Shown piece by piece: positions 41,843-56,149 of a DNA stretch of 64,000 bases (position 1 is the first letter of the stretch; each line of letters opens with the position of its first letter). The notes below the pieces were generated by a model. It saw only the letters and a list, made by a program, of their open reading frames with translations, was not told the origin of the DNA and searched no databases. This stretch comes from Octopus vulgaris (Eukaryota). The stretch is from NCBI GenBank assembly GCA_951406725.2, contig OX597821.1, positions 103,974,001 to 104,038,000 on the forward strand, in the 5' to 3' direction. The position numbers and the translations under genes were made by a program.

Positions 41843-42057
41843 CTTTTTGCTCCTTGTGGAGCAGAAGGCCGGTTTCTCAGTTTCAGTGGCATAGAAATTC
41901 CCCACCTGGACGGGACGCCGGTCCGTCGCAGGATTACTCATTTTTGCCTGCTGAGTGGACTGGAGCAACGTGAAATGAAGAACACAACGCATCGCCCGGT
42001 CCAGGAACCGAAACCACAACCTTACGATCATGAGTTCAACACCTTAACCACTAAGCC
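41843..42057 (-). mobile_element. SINE family D (tRNA head)
   Basis: Minus head GGCTTAGTGGTTAAGGTGTTGAACTCATGATCGTAAGGTTGTGGTTTCGGTTCC; body CCTGCGACGGACCGGCGTCCCGTCCAGG. Confidence 0.7.
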
Positions 42058-42569
42058 TAAAAAGAAGGTCGAAAGAAAGGGAGATAATAATAAAAAAGAG
42101 GTTGAATGAAAGTGAGATAATAAAGTGGTAGTGACCCCAACAAGTGGAGTTGCTCGTGGGGGGTGGGTGTATGTCAGAATGGTAGATGGGTGTGTGTACG
42201 TGTGTGTGTGTGAATAGGGGCGAGTGACTCTGACGTGTGTGCGTGTATGTGCTGTGTGTAGTTCTTGATGTGTGATTTTTACGTGGCGTGAGTGTGTCTG
42301 TGACCAAACAGTGTGCATGTGTATGGGGTATGTATATGGACGAAAGTTATCTCTGTCTATGTATGCTGCGTATGTTACTGCGTGTTACGTGTGTATGTAT
42401 ATATTGCCCGTGCTCAAGTATTATGTGCTTCCATGGGTGTGGGATTGTGCACGATGGTGTGTGGTCTGTGTACTGAGTTAAGCAATAAGGAGACGGTATT
42501 GATGATGGTGTGTGGAGTGAGTGCTGGGAAGTGGTCAGTGCTAGTGTGTGTGGAGTGGTGTGGCTTGGT

Positions 42570-43290
42570 ATGAGAAAAAAGGAGGGACATGAGGTTGATG
42601 TCAGATGAAGGGAGGAGGTGAGTTGAGCCCATGTGGCGTAAAGAGCGAAGAGAAAAGATTAATAACTGTTCACGGCAAAGGTGGGAGACAATATTGCCCC
42701 TGTGCAAAAATAATCCGATCACATATAGATGTTGTAGCGATTGACCGATAGAGCGAAAATGGCGAGAGACAGGGTTTTCCTTGCCGAGCCTGAGGTCTCG
42801 GAGATGCTCCGCGAACCGGTGAGTCAGGCGGCGTCCCTGAAGGACAGGAAGGGCAGGAGATGCATTAAATGTTATTACTAGATGTTCAGGTAAAGGAGTC
42901 GGTGATGTGATAGGGACAACGATTGATGCCTGTGAGGATGGTGATATGGGACTGGTAGGGGCAAGTGCGACACCGTGGGCGGAATCAGGGGAATGATTCA
43001 CGCTGGGAGGTGGGGATAGGGAAGAAGCTGCGGACCAGGAGGTTACGCAGGTTCTGGACTCGTTTGAAGGAGGGAAGTGGTAGGTTGGGAAGGATGTGCC
43101 AGGTGAAGGGGCCGGACTGGAGTCGCCAGAAAGCTCGGAGAATGGTGCGTTGGAGAGGCAGAGTAGAGGGGTGGTTGGTGAGGGGAAACATTAGTTGGTT
43201 AATGGCAGGTCGGGTGCGAGGAGAAAAAATAGAGGCACGGTTCACAGATTTTGATCCGGCAAGAGTAGTGTGGTTAGTGGTGAGGGGATA
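42570..43290 (-). mobile_element. Decayed Penelope-like element 3' fragment (linker + GIY-YIG)
   Basis: PLPSFKRVQNLRNLLVRS, GRRLTHRFAEHLRDLR..PVSRHF..REQLLIFSLRSL, paralleling the motifs at 11450-11900. Confidence 0.8.
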
Positions 43291-43855
43291 CCTATGTTCT
43301 GAGTTCAAATTCCGCCGAGGTTGACTTTGCCTTTCATCCTTTCGGGGTCGATAAATTAAGTACCAGTTACGCACTGGGGTCGATGTAATCGACTCAATCC
43401 GTTTGTTTGTCCTTGTTTGTCCCCTCTGTGTTTAGCCCCTTGTGGGTAGTAAAGAAATAGGTATTTCGTGTGCCGTTACGTTGCGAGTTGAAATTCCGCC
43501 GAGGTCGAATTTGCCTTTCATCCTTCCGAGGGCTATAAATTAAGTATTAGTTACGTACTGAGGCCGATCTAATGGGCCCCTCTCCTAAAATTTCGGGCCT
43601 TGTGCCTAGAGTAGAAAAGAATATTTTGCAGGATTTTAAAGCGGCGAGCTGGCAGAAACGTCAGTACGCTGGGCGAAATACTTATCGGTATTTCGTCTGC
43701 CGTTACGTTCTGAGTTCAAATTCCGCCGAGGTCGACTTTGCCTTTCATCCTTTCGAGGTCAATAAATTAAGTACCAGTTGCGTACTGGGGTCGATCTAAT
43801 CGACTGGCCCCCTCCCCAAAAGGTTTGTGCCTTGTTCCTAGAGTAGAAAAGAGTA
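43291..43855 (+). mobile_element. Two adjacent SINE family C copies (truncated dimer 43291-43622; monomer 43638-43855)
   Basis: Three copies of the GAGTTCAAATTCCGCCGAGGTCGACTTTGCCTTTCATCC core; two CCTAGAGTAGAAAAGA tails; head AAGCGGCGAGCTGGCAGAAACG at ~43639. Confidence 0.88.
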
Positions 43856-44470
43856 TATTACGGTTACTTCTTTTTTCCAACTGTTACAAAAACGTTAAGT
43901 GCATATCATTCTCTCTTACACTCCCCATGCATTTACACCAAGCTATAGTTTCAATATACCACAGCACTTCATTATCATACGAAGCTAGACAGAAAAATAT
44001 TTCCGGAGAATACATCTATATCATATCGATATCTGTGCACAATAGGTGACTAATTATAAAAACAATATTCATATCATGACACAGAGGTAATAATGACGCA
44101 ACAGACAAACTGGATAAGTAATTGACGTAGTTTAACTCTGTCAATTCGTGCCAGTAAATTGTGCATAAATAGAAATCAGTGCAAAAGCGACATTACAAGA
44201 ACCTGCTGCTTTTTGGCCTGAAAATGAGCTTCAGATAATGTAGAAAAGCCAACTCAAATAATGTAAGTGTCTGATACGCAAATAACGAAAAATACTAATA
44301 AAATGGATTGAAATGGAACATACTGCAGATTTTAATCTTTTATGCGAAAAAAAAATTGTTCCCTATTTATGTACATACATATATATATATATATATGTAC
44401 ATATATATATATATATATATGTATATGTATATATCTACTTACCTATCTATCTATCTATCATTCTATATCC

Positions 44471-44756
44471 CCGTGACTGACCATGTTCTCAGACTTTGCT
44501 GCACATCGCTGGTCACAATGCGCTTCCATTGTTTTAACCTTCAAAGGACGCCACCCCGCTGCCTAAGCGAGGAGGGCAACAGAAGAAAGAGTGAGAGAAA
44601 GTTGTGGCGAAAGAGTACAGCAGAGATCGCCTCCACCCCCTGCCAGAGCCTCGGGGAGCTTTAGGTGTTTTCGCTCAATAAACACTCACAACATCCGGTC
44701 TGGGAATCGAAACCCCGTTCCTTCAACCGCGAGTCCGTCGCCCTAATCACTGGGCC

Positions 44757-44758
<2 letters not shown>
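44471..44758 (-). mobile_element. SINE family B, 3' tail type 2
   Basis: Reverse complement of 32891-33175. Confidence 0.8.
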
Positions 44759-44814
<56 letters not shown>

Positions 44815-44828
44815 TTATCTATCTTTAT

Positions 44829-44898
<70 letters not shown>

Positions 44899-45134
44899 TT
44901 ATGTATATGTATATGTATGCATCTATATATATATCCATATCAACATATGTGTATCCCTACCCATCTGTCTTTTTATCTATGTTGTTTATTAATTTTTATG
45001 TTTTTTTGTTTGTCATTTTCATTAAATATTCCCGTTCTCATAACTCGCCTTTATTTACGGTTCAGTGTAGATGGTTTGTCTTTCCTTGTTTTACTACTCT
45101 TACTGCTTTTTTTTGTTCGCTTTTTGAATACGTA

Positions 45135-45189
<55 letters not shown>

Positions 45190-45210
45190 CATATATGTAC
45201 AGGTATTATA

Positions 45211-45452
45211 TATTAGAATAAATGAGGTACTCAGAAATCTGGATGGTTTTATATTTACAGATTTTTATTAATTTGTCACATGTGCTTATAAATCATATAT
45301 TAGCCCTTGCATCCACTCTAGTGGATTCTCAGTTCTGAAGAAACCACTAGAGTGGATGCAAGGATTAATATATGATTTATAAAAAAACATATGACACATT
45401 AATAAAAATCTGTAAATATAAAACCATCCAGATTTCTGAGTAGCTTATTTCT

Positions 45453-45460
<8 letters not shown>
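45211..45460. repeat. ~250-bp palindromic element between TA tracts, with a degenerate hammerhead at its centre
   Basis: Arms TACTCAGAAATCTGGATGGTTTTATATTTACAGATTTTTATTAAT and its complement; centre CTGAAGA-AACCAC TAGA GTGGAT-GCAA; relatives at 12785-12910 and 55200-55345. Confidence 0.8.
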
Positions 45461-45513
<53 letters not shown>

Positions 45514-45514
<1 letters not shown>

Positions 45515-45864
45515 TTTATTTTAAGCAGCAGAAAATTCAACAAAATCTGTTACTCTGAGTTTCTCGTTGCCGTTCATCAGACATATTTTTGACCTTTTTG
45601 TTTATCGCTCGAAGATTGACCGTTTTTTCTAAAGGGCCAATCAAACAAGTCCATTTCTTTTTAAAGGTGTAGCGTTTGTAAGAGTATAGATTGAATTAAT
45701 ATATATGTTCCATTCTAGCAAAAACTGTCTGATGAACGGCAACGAGAAACTCAGAGTAACAGATTTTGTTGAATTTTCTGCTGCTTAAAATAAAGCATAT
45801 TACTCTACCACTGGTATTTGAGTACTCTTTTTTCCACCTTGTTTCACATTTATGTGTTTACTCC

Positions 45865-45866
<2 letters not shown>
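45514..45866. mobile_element. Fold-back element with a hammerhead motif in each arm and a one-sided 71-bp tail
   Basis: Arms ~45514-45590 / ~45720-45795; CTGT-CTGATGA-A-CG GCAA CG-A-GAAA-CTCAGAG-TA-ACAG at 45725-45762. Confidence 0.8.
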
Positions 45867-45932
<66 letters not shown>

Positions 45933-46093
45933 GCATTCTGCCTTAGAGTGTCATGTATATGTATTCACAATCAAAGGTGTAGAAATGGCGTGCTCCGAAT
46001 GAGTAACGTGATGTACTCCAATGATAGAGAGAGACCTGTGAATCAGGTTCTCCAAAACAGTCGGAAGCGTGTAAGGGTGCAGTAAATATTCAA

Positions 46094-46502
46094 TTCAAAA
46101 ATAGAGAAAAAGAGAAGTAAAGAAACAAGCGTGAAGACGTAGTACAAGAAATGTATTAAGGTGACGCTCGGAAGAAGAAAAGAGTTGTTGGTTTACGTTT
46201 CGTTCATAGCTCTTCTTCGGAAACTGGAAAAACAGTAAAGTTCAAAGGAAAAGAAGGAAGAAAAATTACCAACAGTCAACGTGCAGTTACATTGAATTCA
46301 GAAATGCAACTGCACGTGGACGTATGGCGATTTTCCACCTTCATCCTTCTTTCCCTTTGAACGTTCCTGTTTTCTCTGTTTCCGATAAAGAGCAATGTTC
46401 GAAATGCAAAACAACAACTCTCTTCTTTCTCCGAACGTCATATTAATACATTGCTGCTGCTACGTCCTCGCGCTTGTTTGTTTCTTCTTCTCTTTTTTTG
46501 AA
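46094..46502. repeat. Old ~410-bp palindromic element with degenerate hammerhead motifs
   Basis: Imperfect arms about a centre near 46297; CCGAAGA-A-GAGC TAT GAAC-GAAA-CG-TA (minus, ~46191-46224) and CCGATAA-A-GAGC AAT GTTC-GAAA-TG-CA (plus, ~46382-46410). Confidence 0.7.
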
Positions 46503-46547
46503 TCGATTACACACACACACACACACACACACACATGCACACACATG

Positions 46548-46599
<52 letters not shown>

Positions 46600-47946
46600 T
46601 TTCGACCGAATCTCCTGCAAGTTAAAATGAGATTCTTTGACGGCGATGTAGACTTTATTTGATTAAGGTATCGAGTAGCTAGTAGATTAACCCTCATTTA
46701 GATATTAACTACTTCCGAGTGTCTGCTAGGTTTGAAACATATGTTGCCAGGATTTTATCTACTCCATTCCATTATTTTGGATTTTATCCGCATAACCACC
46801 CACCCCTGCTGTTAAGCGTGTGTACTATATAATAACCTTTTTCAGCTCATCCAACTTCGATATGGAAAAATATCTATAACCTTCTACATCAATATACCTA
46901 TCATTTTATACCTTCAACAGATTGCTCGGATCTTTTTAACTACGTACACCTTGATCCTTCGTTCTTACCATTACATGTCTAAATACATATACGTATGTAT
47001 TTATACAGGGGATGCAGACAAGTTTTTGCTTTAAGAGTGTCACGAAAGGCCACGTTGGAGGCTCTATATCCTGAGTTCTTTTACAGTGCCTAGAATAACT
47101 AAAGGATCACTGCAATTAGTTTGTTAATCTGAGACTGGAATATTTTGAATTAAATCATAATTAACTGATCGTCGTGTATATTTCTTAGCCCAAGTCAAGA
47201 TCTTTTCGGCATTCCTTCGTAGGTATAACCATAGCTGCAATCCATAGTATTTTGTACAAGCAGAATTGGTCGGGAAATAATCTGACGGTGTGTGTAGTTT
47301 TACACCAAACTATATTTCTGACACCTTGTGTATAACATAACATCCATTGAGTTATTATTCAGTCTATGGTTAGGAAGTCAGTAACTCGTTTTGGACAAAA
47401 AGTTAAAATTCTGTTAAACATGTCAAGACAAATTACTATACTTTTGTTTTGTAAGAATTATTAGTAGCATCCAATGTAGGCAATAAAAACCGCTAAAGTG
47501 TAGCGAGACCGGCGGACATTTTATTTGGTCGAAGGAAAAGTCATGAACGGTGGCCAAGAATGGTATCTGCCGTCCAATTTGTTACTGAAACGATCAATTT
47601 TTTTTAAAGAATATACTCATTCAAGTTTATGTAAAATAAACTATTCGTAAAATTTCACATTCTATGTTCTCTCTCTTTCGCTCCTGCTTTGTTTTTTCTT
47701 TCTTGTTTACATTCTTCGTTTTATTTCCGCCTCTCCACCAAACACATATGTGTGCGTATGCGTGCGTGCGTGTATGCATGTGTGTGTGTTTGTGCTTGTG
47801 AGTGTGCGTGCGTATGTATCCATATAATACATACATTTACAAAAGCCACATACATACATATTCTACAAAATGTATCTTTTTCAAAAATTATCTTCTATGT
47901 AAGCACGTACATTTGTATGTACGTATGTATGCATGTATATATATAT

Positions 47947-48082
<136 letters not shown>

Positions 48083-48379
48083 ATGTATATATGTATCTAT
48101 ATATCTATAAAAGCCAACAGAGGGAAAGAAAAATAGAAAAAACAATGATAGATGCAGAGAGAAAGACTGAAGGATAACTGCATGAAAGTTATTATTCAAA
48201 CGATCATGTGATCATTTAATATGAGTTTCAATGAAAGTTTTATTTTATATAAAATTATAAAATATAAAAAAGTAAACTGAAACAAAAAAAATGAAACGTA
48301 ATAAGGCATATAAACACACATGTACATATAGATATATATATATATATAGACACATGTACGTAACGTAGATATATATTAT

Positions 48380-48434
<55 letters not shown>

Positions 48435-48951
48435 TGTGTATACGTATGTATATGTATATATATATAGTCATAAAGATGAAATGTAAACATCAAAAGATTT
48501 TCCTTCCTTCTGTAATCTCATTTAATTTTCAACATGACTGATTTTGAAAACTTATACAAAAGCGCACTTCTGTTTATATGTACCGAAATATATTCGTTAT
48601 GTACGCATTTGTACATAATCGCTACAAAATATATGGGTTTTATATATTTATGTGTATTACAAATATAAGCAGTTACGTTTTTTTGAACATCAGTAGCTCG
48701 CCTTCTTCCACTCTCTCTCTCGTTGTCTGTTGATGTCACTCTTCCTCTCATTCTCTTATTATATATATATATATATTTGCATGTATACATACTTACACGT
48801 ACACCTATTGCATTCATTTAACCATCCAGCCAAACCTCACTCCATTCAATACACGCATGTATGTACATACATATACTTTCATATACTTAAATACATACGA
48901 ACATATGCGAAAATATATCTACTACCAGCAACAATTAAATACTCAAAATAG

Positions 48952-49016
<65 letters not shown>

Positions 49017-49266
49017 AAAATGTATATGCGCATATACGTATGTGTGTGTGTGTGTGTGAGTGTATATATATGTGTGTGTGTGTGTGTGCATGTCTGTGTG
49101 TCTACGTGTATGATGTAATGTCGAATAGCTACAAACATGTACCAAAAACATTTCTTTCTTTGTTTTTCTCTCCTCCATTCGTATTTACATAAGTACATAT
49201 ATATATTTGCCAATGCTTTTTACGCATTTGTGTGCATATGTAGGCATACATTCGTGTTATAGAAAG

Positions 49267-49308
<42 letters not shown>

Positions 49309-49461
49309 TTACATGCATACACACATTCATGCAAGCGTACATTGTTACAGGGACGCCGTCACACAACCGTATATAGGGAATAAATATAGAACAATACGTG
49401 CATACATGCACGAATACACACACACAAATATGTATATACATAACATATATATATATATATC

Positions 49462-49535
<74 letters not shown>

Positions 49536-49550
49536 CACATATATATATAT

Positions 49551-49597
<47 letters not shown>

Positions 49598-49751
49598 TAT
49601 ATTTACAACAGAACTACTATGTTTATATATATATATCTATAAATAAATATATATATATATATATATATACTTTGATACTTTGATACTACTATGTTTATAT
49701 ATATATATATCTATAAATAAATAAATATATATATATATATATATATGTATG

Positions 49752-49784
<33 letters not shown>

Positions 49785-50323
49785 TTATATATGTATATAT
49801 ATATATATATATATATGTAATGCAAGCATGCCTACATACAAATTTACTTATGTATATAAGAACGTATGTTCTTATATATATATATATATACAAAATATGT
49901 TAACACACATACACATCAATATTTAAAGACATATGCATAGGAGCATCAGATTTGCTTTCCCTCTTATAGTTCTGATTTAAAATATGTTCCATTTCTATAG
50001 CAATTGTTTTGTTGTTATTTTGTAAATGCAGTTAAATATTTATGTTTTTCAGCACTAGAACATTTGGGAGACATATACCCTCTAGAATTACTTTAATGGT
50101 GATATCGGCAGTCTTAGTCGCTCTGGGAATCGTAATGATAGTTGCTGTTATTATGGCATCCATCAATATTAAAAAAAGAAAAAAATCACTCTTATGAAAT
50201 TTTTATGTCGTATGTTATAGAAATAGTTCAATTTGTTTTTTCTTACTATGCAGAATCTCTCGTTATCTTTCTAACTCTCTTTCGTTCTGTTCGTAAGTAT
50301 CTATGCCTTTATGTATGTATGTA

Positions 50324-50405
<82 letters not shown>

Positions 50406-50479
50406 ATGTATATGTATTGTATGTATGCATGTTTGCATGTATGTATGTATGTATGTATGTATGTTTGTACGCATGTATG

Positions 50480-50510
<31 letters not shown>

Positions 50511-50684
50511 GTGTATGTATTCATGTACTCACGTATGTATGTATTCATCTCTTTGTCTATCTGGATATCTGTCCATCAAGCTATCTATCTATCTATTTAT
50601 CTGTCTGTGTGTCTCTCTGTTCCCGCTCTCTCTAGGTAGTTTGATATATATATCAAACTACCTAGCCATCAGCATTAAGATGCC

Positions 50685-50733
<49 letters not shown>

Positions 50734-50915
50734 AAGCATCTATCGATCTATGTATGTATGCTTGTATGTATGTTTTTAATGTATGTATGTATGTATGTAA
50801 GTATTTTATGTATGTATGCATGTATGTATGTATATATGTACGTATGTATATATCTATCTTTATCCGTCTATCTATCTATCTATCTATCTTTGTAACTTAT
50901 ATATATACATATATA

Positions 50916-50947
<32 letters not shown>

Positions 50948-51586
50948 CATGTACATATATATTTATTTATATATATATACATATATATATATGCATATGC
51001 ATGTACATATATATGCATATATTTATTTGTCTCTGTGTCCTCTCTGTACTTACACATACACACATATACACACACATCTCTTTAGCTATGTTAAATATAA
51101 TGTCTGTGTGGAAAAATCCACTCACGACCTAGCAAACACTGAAGAAAAGAACAAAAGAACAAGGGAATAAACGAATCAAACATTCACATAATCGTTCCAT
51201 TGTTTTCTTTTCTTTTTAGATTTCAAATTTAATTCTGATTTTACGTTCGTTATACATACATTCTCTTTCCCAGTGGGACCGAAACGTTATGTACCTACCA
51301 AGAACTCAATCTCATAGTCTTGGTAAGCATACGACGGTTATCCTAGTTGGCAAACCACATATAAGCCATCATCCGCGTTTCAGAAAATGGTTTCTGTTCT
51401 AGGCTTTAGCACTAATAAGTTTCCGTATGACTTTCCGCTCTGTTAAAATCTGTCCCCTTAAACTCTTAGGGAAGATGTATCTAGTATTTATCTCCTATAT
51501 ATACAGCGCCCATGCTGGGACATAGCCTACAACAAATTTTAGTCGAAGGAATCGACACCAGTCTTTATTTGTATACACACTCACAC

Positions 51587-51629
<43 letters not shown>

Positions 51630-51654
51630 TATTCTCTTTTCTTTTCTTTTATTC

Positions 51655-52005
51655 TTTACTTGTTTCAGTCATTTGACTGCGGCCATGCTGGAGCACCACC
51701 TTAGTCGAGTAGATCGACCCTAGGACTTATTCTTAGAACCACTAAGTTACGGAACGTAAACACACCAGCATCGGTTGTCAAGCGATGTTCGGAAGGGGTG
51801 GACAATCACAAACATACACACACACATACATTCATATTAACATATATACGACGGTCATCTTTCATTGTCCGTCTACCAAATCCACTCACAAGGCATTGGT
51901 CGGCCCGAGGCTATAGTAGAAGACACTTGCCCAAGGTACCACGCAGTGGGACTGAACCCGGAACCATGTGGTTAGTAAGCAAGCTACTTACCACACAGCC
52001 ACTAC
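51655..52005 (-). mobile_element. SINE family A with internal deletion
   Basis: Tail TGTTTCAGTCATTTGACTGCGGCCATGCTGGAGCACC through head CTTACCACACAGCCAC. Confidence 0.85.
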
Positions 52006-52116
52006 TACATCTATATATATGTACACACACACACATATATGTATATATATATATATACATATATATATATACATACATACACACACACATATATATATAT
52101 ATACGTACACACACAC

Positions 52117-52154
<38 letters not shown>

Positions 52155-52397
52155 GGTAGAATCTTCTAATTCTTATGCTTTCCAAAACTTGATTTCGAAA
52201 CGTACGTCCGTAGGTAACTTAAAATTGTATGATAGATTGCCGTCATTTCATTCTTTCTTACCTGTCTGTGTTTGCCTTTCAAGAGCTGTGTTTTTACTGA
52301 GATCTCCTTTTAGTAGAAGGAATAGCTATATATATTTGACTGCTATTTCTAAATTCGGTGTGCGGTGAGGCAATTCGTTGCTAAACCCTTAATTGCT

Positions 52398-52470
<73 letters not shown>

Positions 52471-52898
52471 TACATACATACACACACATATACATCCTCC
52501 TATATTTTTCACGGGCATTGGTATAGTGCTACTAAAACGAAGATTTCGGAATCCAGGAACTAATCAATCTATGAGATTCTTAGTTTTACAATCTCATGTT
52601 TGGCTGCGCTAATAAGCAGAATTTTCGTAATTGTGCCCAGAAGATTTGTAAACATTTTAGTGAAAGAGTTCCGCACACCGAAAGAGTTATGTGGTGATCT
52701 GTTGTAAGTTTGTTGATTTGATACCATTAGAGGCCATCCATATGGAAAATGTTTGCACGACGAAATGAAATAAACTTCACCTTCTCTTCTTTTTATTTCG
52801 ATCATGTTTTTCTTGGCTTTCTTGTTAATATCCATATATACGCACATGCATGCATACATACATACATACATGCACACACACACGCACAAGCGCGCACG

Positions 52899-52993
<95 letters not shown>

Positions 52994-52995
<2 letters not shown>

Positions 52996-53184
52996 CTGCA
53001 CGCATTTTTTTCTCTCCTTCTTTCTGTGTTTTTCTCTCTCTGTGTATCTTTCTGTTGAAGAGCGTAGGCTCGAAACGTTAAAGACTTGTTTTATTTATAT
53101 TTCCTGAGCGCCATACTAATACAATTGTTCGTTTGTTTTCCACCTGCCTTCGTCTTTTGTTTATTTTCATAAAGCTTCCCGTTA
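52994..53184 (+). mobile_element. Short element in (TA)n with a hammerhead-variant motif (53047-53084)
   Basis: TCTTT-CTGTTGA-A-GAGC GTAG GCTC-GAAA-CG-TT-AAAGA; second copy inverted at 55454-55640. Confidence 0.7.
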
Positions 53185-53263
53185 TATATATATAGATAGG
53201 TATATAATATACATATATATATACATACATATATATATATATGTATACAAACACACACACGTA

Positions 53264-53348
<85 letters not shown>

Positions 53349-53834
53349 GCAGAGTGAAAGAGAGTTCATGAGAGAGAGAGAGTGAGAGAGAGAGTGTGTG
53401 TCATAGAGAGTGAGAGAAGACTATGCTACGCTAAACTCTTAGAACCACTGTGCGAATTCTTTTCTGTGTCAATAAAATATTACGTAACTCTAATTTTGTT
53501 ATTCGAATGCTATTTTCGCCAGCATATTTTCGTAGTTATGAAATGATCGTTAATGTTTGAATAGCGAATGTATGCCGATTATTATTTCTCAATTATTTCG
53601 TGGTATCCATTTCGTAAAAGTTCAATCTCTCCCTCTCTCTCTTTCCACTTCTCTCTCTATCTCTCTTTCTTTCTCCCCCCCCTCTCTCTCTCTACGACGC
53701 TGTAAGATGTGTTGTTTGTCGTTAAAATGTCTATGAGAAGCAAGTATCTGAAATCGTTTATTACATGTGTTAGATCAATATGGAATAATTTATTCTGAAA
53801 AGTTTTACAACGAAATATCAGCAGAGGAATTAAA

Positions 53835-53909
<75 letters not shown>

Positions 53910-53911
<2 letters not shown>

Positions 53912-54086
53912 GGAGTAAACACATAAATGTGAAACAAGGTGGAAAAAGAGTACTCAAATACCAGTGGTAGAGTAATATGCTTTATTTTAAGCAGCAGAAA
54001 ATTCAACAAAATCTGTTACTCTGAGTTTCTCGTTGCCGAGAAACTCAGAGTAACATTTGGTTGAATTTTCTGCTGCTTAAAATAAA

Positions 54087-54087
<1 letters not shown>
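53910..54087 (-). mobile_element. Second copy of the 45514-45866 element, folded back inside the hammerhead
   Basis: 53910-54038 is the near-exact reverse complement of ~45737-45866; arms 53980-54032 / 54037-54087; (TA)n on both sides. Confidence 0.88.
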
Positions 54088-54145
<58 letters not shown>

Positions 54146-54619
54146 TGCGCAATATAATACTTTATACTACACGTCTCTTGTTTTCCTATTCTTGTGTATA
54201 CAGCACATTTATTTTACTCTATAGGTCGTACCAGGTATAGATTTGGAATATAGCATTACAAAGCAACGAAGTCTTTGTGAATTACGCAATGTTTGCTTAC
54301 CTTTGACTATACGCAAATGTCTCGTTATGAGAGCTTCTGTGTGCTCACGTCAGCTGCTACAAATAGCAACGTGATTTCACTCGTATGTTACTTGATTGTC
54401 TGAGAAAAATGGAGAAAATAACACATTAGATAATATATTACGAGATGTCATTAAAAAGGCAGAGAGTTCCCGACTGGAGTTTTTTTTTTTCTTTTTATGC
54501 ATTTCATCCCAACCTACTGAAATAACTGAAACAACAGCAACAACAGCAACAACAACAACAATGTAACAATTATTAATAAAGAGTTTGTTTAAGGCTTTGA
54601 TGCACTTTATTTCTTTTTG

Positions 54620-54935
54620 ACTCTTTTACTAGTTTCAGTCATTTGACTGTGGTCATGTTGTAGCACCGCCTTTAGTCGAGTAAATCGACCCCAGGACTTA
54701 TTATTTGTAAGCCTAGTACTTGTTGTATGGGTCTATATTGCCGAACCGCTAAGTTACGGTGACGTAAATACACCAGCATCAGTTGTAAAGCGATGTTGGG
54801 GGGACAAACACAGACACACAAATATATGCACACACATAATATATATTTACGTATAGATACGACGGTCTTCTTTCAGTTTCCGTCTACCAAATCCAGTCAC
54901 AAAGATTTGGTCGGCCCAAGGCTATTTTTTGAAAA
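54620..54935 (-). mobile_element. SINE family A, 5'-truncated
   Basis: AGTTTCAGTCATTTGACTGTGGTCATG..TTTCAGTTTCCGTCTACCAAATCCA. Confidence 0.82.
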
Positions 54936-54959
54936 GTGACATTTTGCCCCTCTTTGAGT

Positions 54960-55345
54960 AAACATCCTATTAAGACCAACAAAACAATTCTTTCTTCTTT
55001 CTCTCCCTTTTCTTCCTTTCCTTCTTTTTCTTTAACGACTCTTTCAGATACCAAAAAACACACACACGCACACACACACATTCTATCTCTCACTTTCTCT
55101 CCATTAAATCACCCTCTTGTACTATCTTATATCCCTCCCCACCACTACACACTTATTAACACTATAAAAATGGTCAAATTTTCCCCAAGAACTTAGTTCA
55201 ATTTGAAAAACTCCACCAGAATGGACGAAAGCGCTAATATATGATATATTATATATGATGTATAAAAACATGTAATATACAAATAAATATCTGTAAATAT
55301 AAAACCATCCAAATTTCTGAGTACCTCATTTCTTCTAATATAAAA
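54960..55345 (+). repeat. Diverged homolog of 12580-12910 (Penelope pLTR-like end)
   Basis: Pyrimidine tract, CTTTCAGATAC, (CA)n, ACTATAAAAA, TCCA..TGGACGAAAGCGCTA and ATCTGTAAATATAAAACCATCCA in the same order. Confidence 0.6.
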
Positions 55346-55368
55346 TACCTGTACATCATCTCCAAGCC

Positions 55369-55453
<85 letters not shown>

Positions 55454-55455
<2 letters not shown>

Positions 55456-55640
55456 AGAATTCACAAAAAGCAAAAAACGAAGACAGGTGGTGCAGACACC
55501 AGATGTGTTAGTATAACGCTCGGGAAGTTAAAAAAGTCTTTAACGTTTCGAGCCTACGCTCTTACACAGAAAGGAACACAGAAAAAACAAGGAGAGAAAA
55601 TAAAGAATGTGTAGTGGCTAGCGATCTATCATGGCACACA
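55454..55640 (-). mobile_element. Diverged copy of the 52994-53184 element
   Basis: GTCTTTAACGTTTCGAGCCTACGCTCTT is the exact reverse complement of 53058-53085; flanks more diverged. Confidence 0.75.
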
Positions 55641-56149
55641 AAGAAAAAATAATAGGGCAATACGGTAGTATTGCTTTCCAGTAAAACAAAGCACCCTCAG
55701 CTTAAAACATAAATACAATAGTGGTACAACAATGCGCCAACATTTATATAGCTGAGAGATGATAACTGGAGGTTCTTCGTTAAGAGGACACTTGTTAGTA
55801 CTCAAAATACTCAAACTTAAATTCCAATGTCTGTACAAGGGATTATTCTACAACGTAAAGAAAATCTATAATAGGGATCAAGTCAAGCGGGTATAGAGGC
55901 AATTGTGCGGATTTACTAATTAGGTACATCAAATAAATTACATATATTAAATATAGTAAATGAGTAGTTTGTGCATGAAATAGAAAATACGCATGTATGT
56001 ATACATGTAAAAAGAGAGATAGCAAAAGGTGGAGTCTTTCAGATGATGTTTATTTTTTAGTGTACGTTGGATCTATCAATACAGGTCCAACTTATACAGA
56101 TTACAAATGACAGAGAAGATTAAAGGATAGGAAGATGGAACGAAGGCCT

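Noticed and set aside
47005-47225. Possible mariner-end or MITE remnant
   Set aside because: Terminal repeats and coding similarity too weak to support.
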